This document shows positions 9,801-18,785 of a stretch of 64,000 nucleotides of DNA, in pieces. Position 1 is the first letter of the stretch. Every line of letters begins with the position of its first letter. This stretch comes from a virus. The DNA lies in IMG/VR virus record IMGVR_UViG_3300044294_000190, positions 9,596-73,595 of that record; one strand, written 5' to 3'. Both the position numbers and the translations under genes were made by a program. The notes under the pieces are model-generated. The model ran no database searches. It saw only the letters and a list, made by a program, of their open reading frames with translations, and was not told the origin of the DNA.

Positions 9801-10337
9801 TTAGTTTTCCGGTTTTTTCTTCTTTAACTGTTGTTGCCACCTGGGATCAGTGTTGAACAAATCTAACTCACCTTTAGACCTCCGCCCCCTGGGTCGGTTT
9901 TGTTTTAGGTTAGTCTTTCTTGATTGGGTGTCACCAGTGACACCCCTAAGGGGTGTCTGGCGTGACACTGGGGGGGTGTCTGAAGTGTCACCCCTTTTGG
10001 GGAGGGTGTCTAACGTGTCACCCCCAATTTGAGCAGCTGGATTATTGAAATCAATGACGTACTTGTTACTTAATTGCTTACCACTCTTACCGTGCCGGTG
10101 ATTAAATTTGACCACCCTGATCTCGCTTAGGCGAGCCATCGCTCGGATAACTGTGCGTCGACTGTATCCAGTTCTTTCTGCCAAGTGCTCATACGACGTG
10201 GTCAGCTCCTGGGTTTCATTGTCTAGGTACTGCAACGCCGTGACCAATACGTGGAGTGATACGGAATCATTTTTAATGTAGTCCAACACCCACTTAGGGA
10301 CCGGTATAAATGGTCCTCCAAATTTATTTACGCCCAT
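9801..10337 (-). CDS. Phage replication initiator (N-terminal winged HTH, lambda O-like layout)
   Basis: SYEHLAERTGYSRRTVIRAMARL...SNKY; internal DT repeats encoded by iterons; upstream of the DnaC-like loader. Confidence 0.8.
   Translation of the reverse strand: MGVNKFGGPFIPVPKWVLDYIKNDSVSLHVLVTALQYLDNETQELTTSYEHLAERTGYSRRTVIRAMARLSEIRVVKFNHRHGKSGKQLSNKYVIDFNNPAAQIGGDTLDTLPKRGDTSDTPPVSRQTPLRGVTGDTQSRKTNLKQNRPRGRRSKGELDLFNTDPRWQQQLKKKKPEN
9926..10025. repeat. Iteron cluster (GGGTGTCAC/GTGACACCC), probable replication origin
   Basis: Eight GTGTC/GACAC cores in about 100 bp, in direct and inverted orientation, inside the initiator gene. Confidence 0.75.
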
Positions 10338-10434
10338 ACCTGTTTACTTCCTTTCTTTTGTGATGCTATTATGTATCCCAAGGGTAATATCTTCACCCGA
10401 ATCTGCGGCTGGCCTTCGGGAATACAACCGTGGA

Positions 10435-10490
10435 CCTGTGGGGGTTGTGGCCGGGGGGTTTTCCCTTCTTGACCCCGGCCCCCCCACAGA
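10435..10490 (-). terminator. GC-rich stem-loop separating the structural and replication operons
   Basis: CTGTGGGGG..GGCCGGGG / CCCCGGCC..CCCACAG, immediately after the stop of 10494..11144. Confidence 0.6.
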
Positions 10491-10493
10491 TGG

Positions 10494-11144
10494 TCAGCTC
10501 AAGGTTTTAACAAATTTGATGATTTGATCCCTTGAACCGGTAAACGAATCGAGTACTCCCTGCTCGTTGACGTAAGACAATACAAACATCACGCCAGACG
10601 CGTTAGGATTCGTTTTAAGGGGAATTTCTGGTTGGGGGGTTGTCTCCCTAGGGGTAGGCGTTTTTGACGCATCCTGGGGCTTCCTAGGGGCCTCTGGTGC
10701 CATTCTAGCAGGTGCTTCTTCTAGGTACAGAGGAACCAAGCCGTTACAGAGGTCAACCGTGGACATCCCACGGCTTAGCGAGGCCGTGCAAATCTCTGTT
10801 GTCAATGGGGTGGGGACACCGTCGTGTTCATCCCATAAAACCAGCGTTGTATATTTTGGGTAAAGGTCAAATGCGTCAACCATTAAGTGGTTGGCTTTGA
10901 GTACTTCTCCAGCTGACCCCTCAACAGCAGAATGTATCTTTGATGTTCCGTCGTGTATGACAGTAAATTGCCCTTTTTTAAACACAAGCAGCCAATCCAG
11001 TACATGGGCTTGACCATCCGAAGGTTTGCCATCCCAAACATAAACAATGTGGGAGTCTTCTTGAAGATCGTGCAACCCCGCTTGGATTACCGACGCCTCT
11101 GCTGTTCCTTGTCCCGCAATTAAACAAACACGTGTTCGTTCCAT
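10494..11144 (-). CDS. Hypothetical protein
   Basis: ORF with AGGAG SD. Confidence 0.7.
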   Translation of the reverse strand: MERTRVCLIAGQGTAEASVIQAGLHDLQEDSHIVYVWDGKPSDGQAHVLDWLLVFKKGQFTVIHDGTSKIHSAVEGSAGEVLKANHLMVDAFDLYPKYTTLVLWDEHDGVPTPLTTEICTASLSRGMSTVDLCNGLVPLYLEEAPARMAPEAPRKPQDASKTPTPRETTPQPEIPLKTNPNASGVMFVLSYVNEQGVLDSFTGSRDQIIKFVKTLS

Positions 11145-11153
11145 GTTGTTCTC

Positions 11154-11408
11154 CTATTTGAGTGATTTACGAAAGGCCATGTCACCCATCAAGGTTAGAC
11201 AGCGAAGGACGGTATGGCATGCACCGGCAAGTGTGGCGATAATTAGACCCCCAAGAACCATGTTGTCAAGGTCGACCAGAAAAGATACTGCGTACGACGC
11301 AACAATTCCGGCCAACACCTTAACCCAAGTCATGGGCTCTTTTGGCAAGAGTAAATCCACCACTTGTAAAAGTTTGTAGACAGCTAATGCTCCGAGTATG
11401 TATTCCAT
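11154..11408 (-). CDS. Small multi-TM membrane protein (holin-like)
   Basis: Three hydrophobic segments, basic C-terminus. Confidence 0.5.
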   Translation of the reverse strand: MEYILGALAVYKLLQVVDLLLPKEPMTWVKVLAGIVASYAVSFLVDLDNMVLGGLIIATLAGACHTVLRCLTLMGDMAFRKSLK

Positions 11409-11417
11409 GTTGTTCCT

Positions 11418-13055
11418 TTATGTTTTGCCGGGAATCCAATCATAGACTATTTCGTAGTTGATTGAAGTGTCAATCAGCATAGTGACTGGAAGAAGTTTTG
11501 GCAACACGCGCTCAATTGCATCAATCGTTTTCTTACGGTTTGTCGTATACGTCGAATACGATGCGTAAGTATTGCCAGACCACTGGTGGTCAGAAAATGT
11601 GTTTTGATAAATAAATCCACCAAAGTCAGATGAGCCGTTAAAGTAAATGCCGTATGTTCGCGGCTCCACCATCCACTTCGTAAAAAACATGGTTGCTCCG
11701 GCATTGATTTCAAAAATACCTACTGGGTATGACGCGGAAGCGGATGTAGTTTCTGGCATGAGCATAACTGTTCGACCTTCGGGGGACAAAGCTGCTGGCA
11801 TGATGCGGTTAGCAAGTTTTGTTGTTGACCAATTGTTAAAAGTTGTTGACGAACTTTGCCACTGCGAACCCCAGAATTGTCCCGCGCTAGCAGTAAGATT
11901 GGCCGACATCCAGTAATTAATATCTTTATCTACCGGAACACCAAGCAAGGATGTCAAAGCAAATTGAGCAGATCCAGATCCGGTGTTTGTAATTAATAAC
12001 CCACCACTTGCACTAATGTAAGACACAGATGCTGTTTGGGCGGAAAATTTCCACTTACGTGTCTCCGTGGTAATGACAAACAATGAGTCCGGAATTAGGT
12101 TTGCTTTTTCTGCGTACACACGAAACTTAAAACGTGGAGATGAATTAGATTCAACAACGTCAACCGCGCAACCACTAAGTGCCGTGAGATAGGCCGTGGC
12201 CGACTGGAGAGTTCCTTTTCTCTGCCGGTAATATCCAATGTCTTTTAGAACTTGTCGAATTTTGGAAACTCCAAGTTCCTCAACACTAGATTCCAATCCC
12301 ATTTGCTTTGCCAAGTAATTGACTGAATTTGATTCACACTTGTCAGGGTCGTATTGTCTAACTACTGCATCAATAAGCGTTCTTTCTTTGTCCATTTCAA
12401 AACCAAAGATGTAAAGAAATCTGTACAAAAGACCACGGTAAAGGTTTTCAGGGTCGTTATCTGTTCCATACACATCCGACTGTTGATGGTGGTAGGGAAT
12501 GCGGTTCCATAGTGCATCAATTGATTTGTAATCAAACGGAACTAATTCTTGAATTGCTGCGACTCGTTCGTACCAATTAACACCACTGGGACCCGTTCCA
12601 TTTTGATTCCAATGCAGGAAGAGGGAGTAGTACGCCCATTTACCAGATTCAACACCCACATGATCACTTGCGTACGTGTTGTCAAAGTGTTTTTGTGTCT
12701 TAATTATAATTCCATCAGCAACTGTTTCAGGAGCTCCTGTAGGTGAGTAAACCAAAACAATATTTTGAATGTTTGTATCACCAACGCCATTTAAATTTGG
12801 ATTTGCCAATGCTAAAGGCGACCACGACAAACGAACTCTGCCATGGTCAACCGCTTGGGCAGAAAGAAAGGCTTCAACACCAAGACCAGCAACCGGAATA
12901 AGAAAACCATCAGCCCTAAGAGCAGAGTCAGAATCAATTCGGTTAGTCCCACTCGGAGCAGTTGTGTCTGTTGCTCGTAGGTATGAACCAAATGGGTTTG
13001 CGTCGGGGCTGGCAGCAAGGTCAGCCCGTCTAACCCTAAAAGATACAATAGCCAT
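11418..13055 (-). CDS. Baseplate wedge / fibre-attachment protein (P2 gpI-like domain)
   Basis: LYRFLYIFG..LAKQMG..YRQRKGT; follows baseplate J. Confidence 0.75.
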   Translation of the reverse strand: MAIVSFRVRRADLAASPDANPFGSYLRATDTTAPSGTNRIDSDSALRADGFLIPVAGLGVEAFLSAQAVDHGRVRLSWSPLALANPNLNGVGDTNIQNIVLVYSPTGAPETVADGIIIKTQKHFDNTYASDHVGVESGKWAYYSLFLHWNQNGTGPSGVNWYERVAAIQELVPFDYKSIDALWNRIPYHHQQSDVYGTDNDPENLYRGLLYRFLYIFGFEMDKERTLIDAVVRQYDPDKCESNSVNYLAKQMGLESSVEELGVSKIRQVLKDIGYYRQRKGTLQSATAYLTALSGCAVDVVESNSSPRFKFRVYAEKANLIPDSLFVITTETRKWKFSAQTASVSYISASGGLLITNTGSGSAQFALTSLLGVPVDKDINYWMSANLTASAGQFWGSQWQSSSTTFNNWSTTKLANRIMPAALSPEGRTVMLMPETTSASASYPVGIFEINAGATMFFTKWMVEPRTYGIYFNGSSDFGGFIYQNTFSDHQWSGNTYASYSTYTTNRKKTIDAIERVLPKLLPVTMLIDTSINYEIVYDWIPGKT

Positions 13056-14863
13056 TACACCTCGGTTATCCCACCACTACCGTTCACCGTGATCTCGGTG
13101 AGAAGGAACAACTTGGTGTTATCGGCCTGTACTCCATAAACGTTTGGACTTGCACTAATTAAATCAATACCAGATGTTGATGTGGTGAACTTTGTGATGT
13201 TTACGTAATCAACACCAGAAACGCTCATAATTAATCGATATAGTTCGCCAATTGTAATTTTTTGTCCAAAAGAAACAGCGTCAAATGGGAACAAAGTACG
13301 AACAGCGGATTGGACGTCGTCAACAATTTTGTCTTGAATGTAGGCGGAAAGAACCGCAAGATCACATTCAATTTTCACTTTTTGTAGGCTGACCGACGGC
13401 ATAATTACTGAGTTAACTCCAACCATCTCCCTTGGTCGCAGGTATTCATAAATCAAATCCCGATACGAATTGTTCAAATACAGAGGACTTGTAGTTGCGC
13501 CCTCAGCAAGTGTTCCGTCATATGAATCCTGCGGAGTAAGTGCAAGAATCTCAACCTGGGCATTCATGTACGTTGTTACGGAAGCTGACACACTTGCCGA
13601 TGCCACATTTGCCGACGCAACATCATACAAAAGAGAAGACCCAGTTGACCCAGCTTTTACAACAAACGTACCGTCAAAGGGTTCACCCACTCCAAATATG
13701 GCAATTGTTTCACCAACTGAAAGTCCATGCGCCGAATCAGTAGTCAACGTGGCAACACTTGCTGATAAAGCTTTGTTTGTAATTCTTCCTCGTTTTGCAA
13801 TCTTACCAACATTGACTTTTGCCGTTGCCTTAACAATACCGGGCACACGTAAAGTAAGATCAATGTAATCCTGCAATGACACGGCCCTGTCCTGCGAACG
13901 AAAGGCGGCTGGAATGTTGTTTTTTAGTGACGCAGCACTTTCTGAATCTGAACCACCAAAAGCCCGCGATGTGTTTGGAGTAATAACAATTCCGTCGTAC
14001 GACGGCCCCAAATTGTTAGTAAGTGCTTGAAATTCTTTAATCGCATTGGATGCTACGTTTCCAGCAGAGCCGCGACTGCGACGATATACAATGTTGATTA
14101 ATGCATTATTGGTCGGGACTTTTCCATGAACCCCGTTACCAAAATTTAAGGTAGACGAATCGTCAGAATTAAGATCAACGGAATAAACAAGAGCAGTGCT
14201 TGGGTATTCGATAAGGCGCTCGACGTTTCCATAACGAATTGCGTTTCCACCCACTCCCTCAAAAACGTCAACACGAATAGAACTGTGGACCACTCCAGTT
14301 TTGTCTAACGTAAATTTTTGAGTAGCCAAACCGTTACTAGTAAACGATTGGGAAAAGATTTCTCCCTCAACCACCGGAACAGTCACAGTAATTGATTTTT
14401 GATAAGTGTCATATCCGACAATTGGTGTCCCACTAACGTTAAACGCAATATTACGATCAAGAGTAAAAATAACTTTTTCAGCACCTTCTATTAAGGGTGT
14501 TGCTAAAAACTGGGTTCCCGCTGGAATTAATATTGGTGAAGCATCTGTTGCTTCAGATAAAGACGCGTTTAACTTAATAGAGGACACCGCAGCAGTGCGC
14601 CCAATCGGAATGTAGTCAAGGAGTTTTGCAATAGACAACAACGAATCACGTTGTGTTGCAGTTTCCAAAAATGTTTCTCGAGATGCTCGGTCAACGTAAT
14701 AATGAAGAACATCCCCCATGTAGGCCCACAAATCCACAAGCAACATTCCAAAGTCTGACTGATCTCTGCTCGTCCACTCTGGAAAAATTAACGTGGCGCG
14801 TTCCAACAGCGCGTCTTTAATTGATGCAAAGTCACGATTTGTATAGTCAAAACTTAAAGTCAT
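13055..14863 (-). CDS. Baseplate J/gp47-like wedge protein
   Basis: DYTNRDFASIK, PEWT...DFG, RETFLETA, GGSDSES, RAVSLQDY. Confidence 0.92.
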   Translation of the reverse strand: MTLSFDYTNRDFASIKDALLERATLIFPEWTSRDQSDFGMLLVDLWAYMGDVLHYYVDRASRETFLETATQRDSLLSIAKLLDYIPIGRTAAVSSIKLNASLSEATDASPILIPAGTQFLATPLIEGAEKVIFTLDRNIAFNVSGTPIVGYDTYQKSITVTVPVVEGEIFSQSFTSNGLATQKFTLDKTGVVHSSIRVDVFEGVGGNAIRYGNVERLIEYPSTALVYSVDLNSDDSSTLNFGNGVHGKVPTNNALINIVYRRSRGSAGNVASNAIKEFQALTNNLGPSYDGIVITPNTSRAFGGSDSESAASLKNNIPAAFRSQDRAVSLQDYIDLTLRVPGIVKATAKVNVGKIAKRGRITNKALSASVATLTTDSAHGLSVGETIAIFGVGEPFDGTFVVKAGSTGSSLLYDVASANVASASVSASVTTYMNAQVEILALTPQDSYDGTLAEGATTSPLYLNNSYRDLIYEYLRPREMVGVNSVIMPSVSLQKVKIECDLAVLSAYIQDKIVDDVQSAVRTLFPFDAVSFGQKITIGELYRLIMSVSGVDYVNITKFTTSTSGIDLISASPNVYGVQADNTKLFLLTEITVNGSGGITEV

Positions 14864-15273
14864 AGAATTGATCCTTCACCCAACTCGTCGGGGTTTACAA
14901 TCTGAACAGTAGCTGTACGAACTCCAAATGCTGGGAGGTTGTATGTTACTTCAACCATTACGGTGTTTTCAGCATAAGAAGATAAAGTATCGTTTTTTAC
15001 TTCTACCAACTTTAAGTCAAGTATTTGAGCTCCTGACACGTTTTGTTTTAGACCATTAATCGCTTCATTTTTAAATTCACTAAATACTAAAGAATCGTAA
15101 TTATCAAACAATAGTTTTGAAGTATTGCCCCCGTAACTGGGATTCATTGGTCGTTCAAGAACGTTGGTTGTTAGGTAGTCCACAATTTTTTGAGAAACAA
15201 TGTCTTCGGTTTTTGTAAGCACAGCAAGACCACCGCCACTTGAAATCTGCAAAGGTATTTTTAAAACTGACAT
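14860..15273 (-). CDS. gp25/GPW-like baseplate wedge (sheath initiator)
   Basis: LTTNVLERPMNPSYG motif. Confidence 0.88.
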   Translation of the reverse strand: MSVLKIPLQISSGGGLAVLTKTEDIVSQKIVDYLTTNVLERPMNPSYGGNTSKLLFDNYDSLVFSEFKNEAINGLKQNVSGAQILDLKLVEVKNDTLSSYAENTVMVEVTYNLPAFGVRTATVQIVNPDELGEGSIL

Positions 15274-15276
15274 AAT

Positions 15277-15543
15277 TTAACTCGGATTTACGTTGAGAAT
15301 AAATACATTTGAAAAATCAATTCCATCAGCAGTAACAACTACTTGTTCTCCAATTTTTGGAACCGACCAAACACCATTTACAGGTTTACGCCCTATTTTA
15401 GAAACAGTCACCGCTGTATCCGGTCCAAACCGTGCCGGTATTCTTACTTTTATTTCCCCTGTTGTTGAGTTTGCCAATGATACGATTGCCCTATATACCC
15501 CCACCGGAGCCCTGTTGGTATTGTTATTAGTAAACATAAGCAA
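15277..15543 (-). CDS. Baseplate spike OB-fold (gpV/gp5 N-terminal-like), short
   Basis: GVYRAIV...GEIKVRIP...VPKIGEQVVV. Confidence 0.75.
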   Translation of the reverse strand: MLMFTNNNTNRAPVGVYRAIVSLANSTTGEIKVRIPARFGPDTAVTVSKIGRKPVNGVWSVPKIGEQVVVTADGIDFSNVFILNVNPS

Positions 15544-16684
15544 ACTCTCGTGAACTTACCCATCTATTATTGCTCAAAATTGACGTTGGCGGATCCCGAT
15601 AAATAGAACCAGGGGGCGTTCGTAAACCTTGATCGTTTGTCGCATCCGTTTTTAAGTTTAACGTTGTGACAAAATGCGCGTTATTTACTAGGTGTCTAAC
15701 TTCTGAAACAATCCAGTAACCATCAAATTTTGAGTCATATTTGTTTACAAAAGCCAACCTTCCCGGAAGAGCTGTAGAGATTCCAATTACAGACACTTTC
15801 GCGTTCATTGGAAAGTTAAATCGAGTGTACCGATTTACAAACTGTTTTAACCCGTCTTGAGACACAGCATTCATAGAAATTTCGTGCGTAAATCTAGGAG
15901 TAAGTGTTTTGCCAAGTCCGCTGCTAGAACTGTTTGTTGACGTTACTTCTATCTCTTTTCTAAGAACATCAAACGATTTTAATGACCAATTTGCGTGGCC
16001 TCCATCTGGAGTTACGTCTCCAAACGTACCTTTAAATTCATAAATTGACCCAGGCTGTCTTTGCGCTGTCTCACCAATGCTGACTAATTGGGTTGGAGGC
16101 GTTGACCTAAAGTAAGAAGAAAAAGGATCATAAACATGAATGTGTGTGCCAGAAACCATTACGTAATAGCCAATTGATTCTGCGGTATCTGACAGTAGTT
16201 CCCAATCACTTTTACCAGACTGTTCAACTACTTTAAATGTGTAATTGTTGTTTGGAACGGAATATGACAACTTATAACGCTTTGCTAGGGAGGAAACAAG
16301 TTTTGGCAAAGTTGTATCAATGTACACTGCGCTTTTTATTTGTTTCATGTCGTAACTTGCCCCAAAACACACTACGCGAGCGGCTTGGATAAGCGATTCA
16401 TTAACAATTCCCATTCGAGCGTTGGCTTCAACATCAACATACGCAACATAACCAATAAACGTAACCATATTGCTTTCGTTGTTGCCCAAAGCGATTGAGA
16501 CGGGCAAACCAATGTATTCAGTTACAGCAATACCCGGAAAACCCGAATAGGTAATAATGGCCATGTCATGTTTGTTTTCCGACATGATTAATTCAACAGA
16601 AACGATACGGGTGTCAGGCACAGTGGCCCGATCAATAAACACATTTAAAAGCGGAGCGTCGTTATACGCGTTTCTAAAAATCAT
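15527..16684 (-). CDS. Baseplate hub (gpD/gp27/VgrG-like)
   Basis: QSGKSDWELL..AESIGY, DGYWIVSEVRH; position in the module. Confidence 0.85.
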   Translation of the reverse strand: MIFRNAYNDAPLLNVFIDRATVPDTRIVSVELIMSENKHDMAIITYSGFPGIAVTEYIGLPVSIALGNNESNMVTFIGYVAYVDVEANARMGIVNESLIQAARVVCFGASYDMKQIKSAVYIDTTLPKLVSSLAKRYKLSYSVPNNNYTFKVVEQSGKSDWELLSDTAESIGYYVMVSGTHIHVYDPFSSYFRSTPPTQLVSIGETAQRQPGSIYEFKGTFGDVTPDGGHANWSLKSFDVLRKEIEVTSTNSSSSGLGKTLTPRFTHEISMNAVSQDGLKQFVNRYTRFNFPMNAKVSVIGISTALPGRLAFVNKYDSKFDGYWIVSEVRHLVNNAHFVTTLNLKTDATNDQGLRTPPGSIYRDPPTSILSNNRWVSSREFAYVY

Positions 16685-16932
16685 TGTGGTATTCGAATGA
16701 CCGTGCCAGGAGTAAGGTCTAGGGGAAATTTAACTTGAGGGTTAATGTCTGCAATACGCCAATATTGTGCGCTGTCTCCGTATAACCGAGCTGCAATGTT
16801 TTCAAAAGTATCTCCAGGACCAACTGTATATGTTTGAACACCAACGGAGTAACCAGGTTTTCTTGTAGCCGTTAGCTTTCCGTCTACTGCTGAGTTTTCT
16901 CCGTACGTGTACCTAGACAATGTGTAAAGCAT
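16681..16932 (-). CDS. LysM/gpX-like baseplate protein
   Basis: YTVGPGDTFENIAARLYGDSAQYWRIADINP...PGTVIRIP. Confidence 0.9.
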   Translation of the reverse strand: MLYTLSRYTYGENSAVDGKLTATRKPGYSVGVQTYTVGPGDTFENIAARLYGDSAQYWRIADINPQVKFPLDLTPGTVIRIPQ

Positions 16933-18785
16933 CAAAGATTCTCCGGCCATCCGCTGTTTGAAATTGATAAGTTATTAAACAACTCATCTTTATCAGCTCT
17001 TAAAGTCCAATTTCCTTTTAGTACTTGTCTAGACTTATAACCTGCTTCAAAACGTCTTGCTTGAATACGCATAGTTAGTTCGACTACAAATTCTTCATTT
17101 TTGTAAGGAACAACTACTTGTCCTTGATGTCGTGGTCTAACAAATGTCCAACCCTCATTATCCGTAACCCATTTGTCCCTTATGAAACGCAAGTTAGCAT
17201 GTCGAATTTCTCCATTACTTGTAATTAAAAATGGATCATCTTTAGTTCCCCACCCCTTTAGATACTCAATTTCAGAAGGAAATGGTTGATCGTAGTCAAC
17301 TGGAGTAATTGTGCTTCCTGTTGGAGAATGTCGGTTTTTAGTTACTGTACGCGCTGTATCAGGATTATTTTGATCCGCTCCCTTGGCGTATGTATGCCAA
17401 TACACTTTTATAACTGCCTCATAAAAGAACGTAACTTCTCCACCCGCAGAATTTCCATCTCCTTCATATTGTTTTCTAAATGAAGCACCAGCTTCTGATT
17501 CAAAGAAATCCATTTTAAATTCAAAACGTTGCGTTGAATTAGTAAACACAATATCCTGCAAACTGTCTCGATCACCTTGATTAAACCAGCTTCCCATTGA
17601 AAAGCCCGCTTGATCAACTGCGCCCTTAAAAAACGAATCAACACCTTGTTGAGTTTGTGTGAGAACATTTTGGTTCTCTTCGATTGGACCAACTGAATCA
17701 GCAACACTTGATGCTGGTGTTTGAGACACTGGAATGGTTGCTGTAAGCATTGTTTGTTTTTTATCAAAGCCAATGTACAACGCCTGCATGCTTACCTCAA
17801 CGCTTGCCTGAGACGGAATGTAGTTTTTTGTAAACTTGTGAAAGTTGATGAGCGTTGAAGTAACAAAACCTTCAATAATCATCCATTTAGAAAACATGAC
17901 TCTAACAGGAACTGGCGTAATAAACGCAGTATTTCCAAGATTTGGATTTAACGATTGTTCTGACCAGTTCCAAGTCGGTGTAGTCTCTGCTTCTGTCTTT
18001 TCTTTGTCCTGATCGTCGGCTGTACTTGGGTCAGGTGCAGGTGGGTTTGCCGCTCGGGCGATTAGTGTTTGTTTAACCATGTTCAACATTTCTTGATTAA
18101 ACCCTTGACCAACGACGGCGTCTAAAACCATGATGTCAGCAAGAACCCCAAGACCACAAACCCAACTTGGATCATATTGGTTGTTGATAAAGTATTCGGG
18201 ATCGGTGTTTAAGGTGTTAACAATAAATCCCACGTTCACACTTTTTAGCCCATTTCCAGACCTAAACTTTCGTGAAACCAATTCAGCTTCCCGATTAAAC
18301 AGTAATTTAAAACTGTATGAGGCCTGCCCTGGGATTGGAACAGCCAATTGTGATGGTTCTTGATTGAAAAAGAATTGTGTTTCGTATGCATTTGCATCCA
18401 CTGACCGCACAATTGTGTCCGGTTGAAATTGAAAATTGCAGCGACGATTAAAGATTGTTGGGGGATTATCCATTTTTGCGTAAAATTCAGTTAAGCGTCG
18501 AATGTATCCACGTTTTGTTCTTATCCGCTGCGGACGCCTTACCTTTGAACCAAGGTCTATAAAAGTGTCTCCCGGATAAATAAACAACGGGTTATCTTGC
18601 TGGTTGTTTGGGGTGGCCAGAGGAGTTACATTAAAATTAAATCCTTGACTTTTAAGTTTCGCTTGTACAGCAGCAGTTTTTAATTGTGCTTCTCTTGCGT
18701 CCGCTGACCCACTTGTTGCGTTTTGAATAAGTTCGAGATTCTTTTTTTTCGCTGCTCTTTCAACCGCATCTGCTTGTTTTTCCAT
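16932..18785 (-). CDS. Tail tube initiator / CIS tube-like protein with C-terminal extension
   Basis: CNFQFQPDTI, FKLLFNRE, IEGFVTS; lies between the tape measure and LysM genes. Confidence 0.65.
   Translation of the reverse strand: MEKQADAVERAAKKKNLELIQNATSGSADAREAQLKTAAVQAKLKSQGFNFNVTPLATPNNQQDNPLFIYPGDTFIDLGSKVRRPQRIRTKRGYIRRLTEFYAKMDNPPTIFNRRCNFQFQPDTIVRSVDANAYETQFFFNQEPSQLAVPIPGQASYSFKLLFNREAELVSRKFRSGNGLKSVNVGFIVNTLNTDPEYFINNQYDPSWVCGLGVLADIMVLDAVVGQGFNQEMLNMVKQTLIARAANPPAPDPSTADDQDKEKTEAETTPTWNWSEQSLNPNLGNTAFITPVPVRVMFSKWMIIEGFVTSTLINFHKFTKNYIPSQASVEVSMQALYIGFDKKQTMLTATIPVSQTPASSVADSVGPIEENQNVLTQTQQGVDSFFKGAVDQAGFSMGSWFNQGDRDSLQDIVFTNSTQRFEFKMDFFESEAGASFRKQYEGDGNSAGGEVTFFYEAVIKVYWHTYAKGADQNNPDTARTVTKNRHSPTGSTITPVDYDQPFPSEIEYLKGWGTKDDPFLITSNGEIRHANLRFIRDKWVTDNEGWTFVRPRHQGQVVVPYKNEEFVVELTMRIQARRFEAGYKSRQVLKGNWTLRADKDELFNNLSISNSGWPENL

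Noticed and set aside
9926-10025. Repeat cluster as a mini-CRISPR
   Set aside because: The repeats are 5-10 bp, of mixed orientation and within a coding region, with no spacer structure or cas genes.
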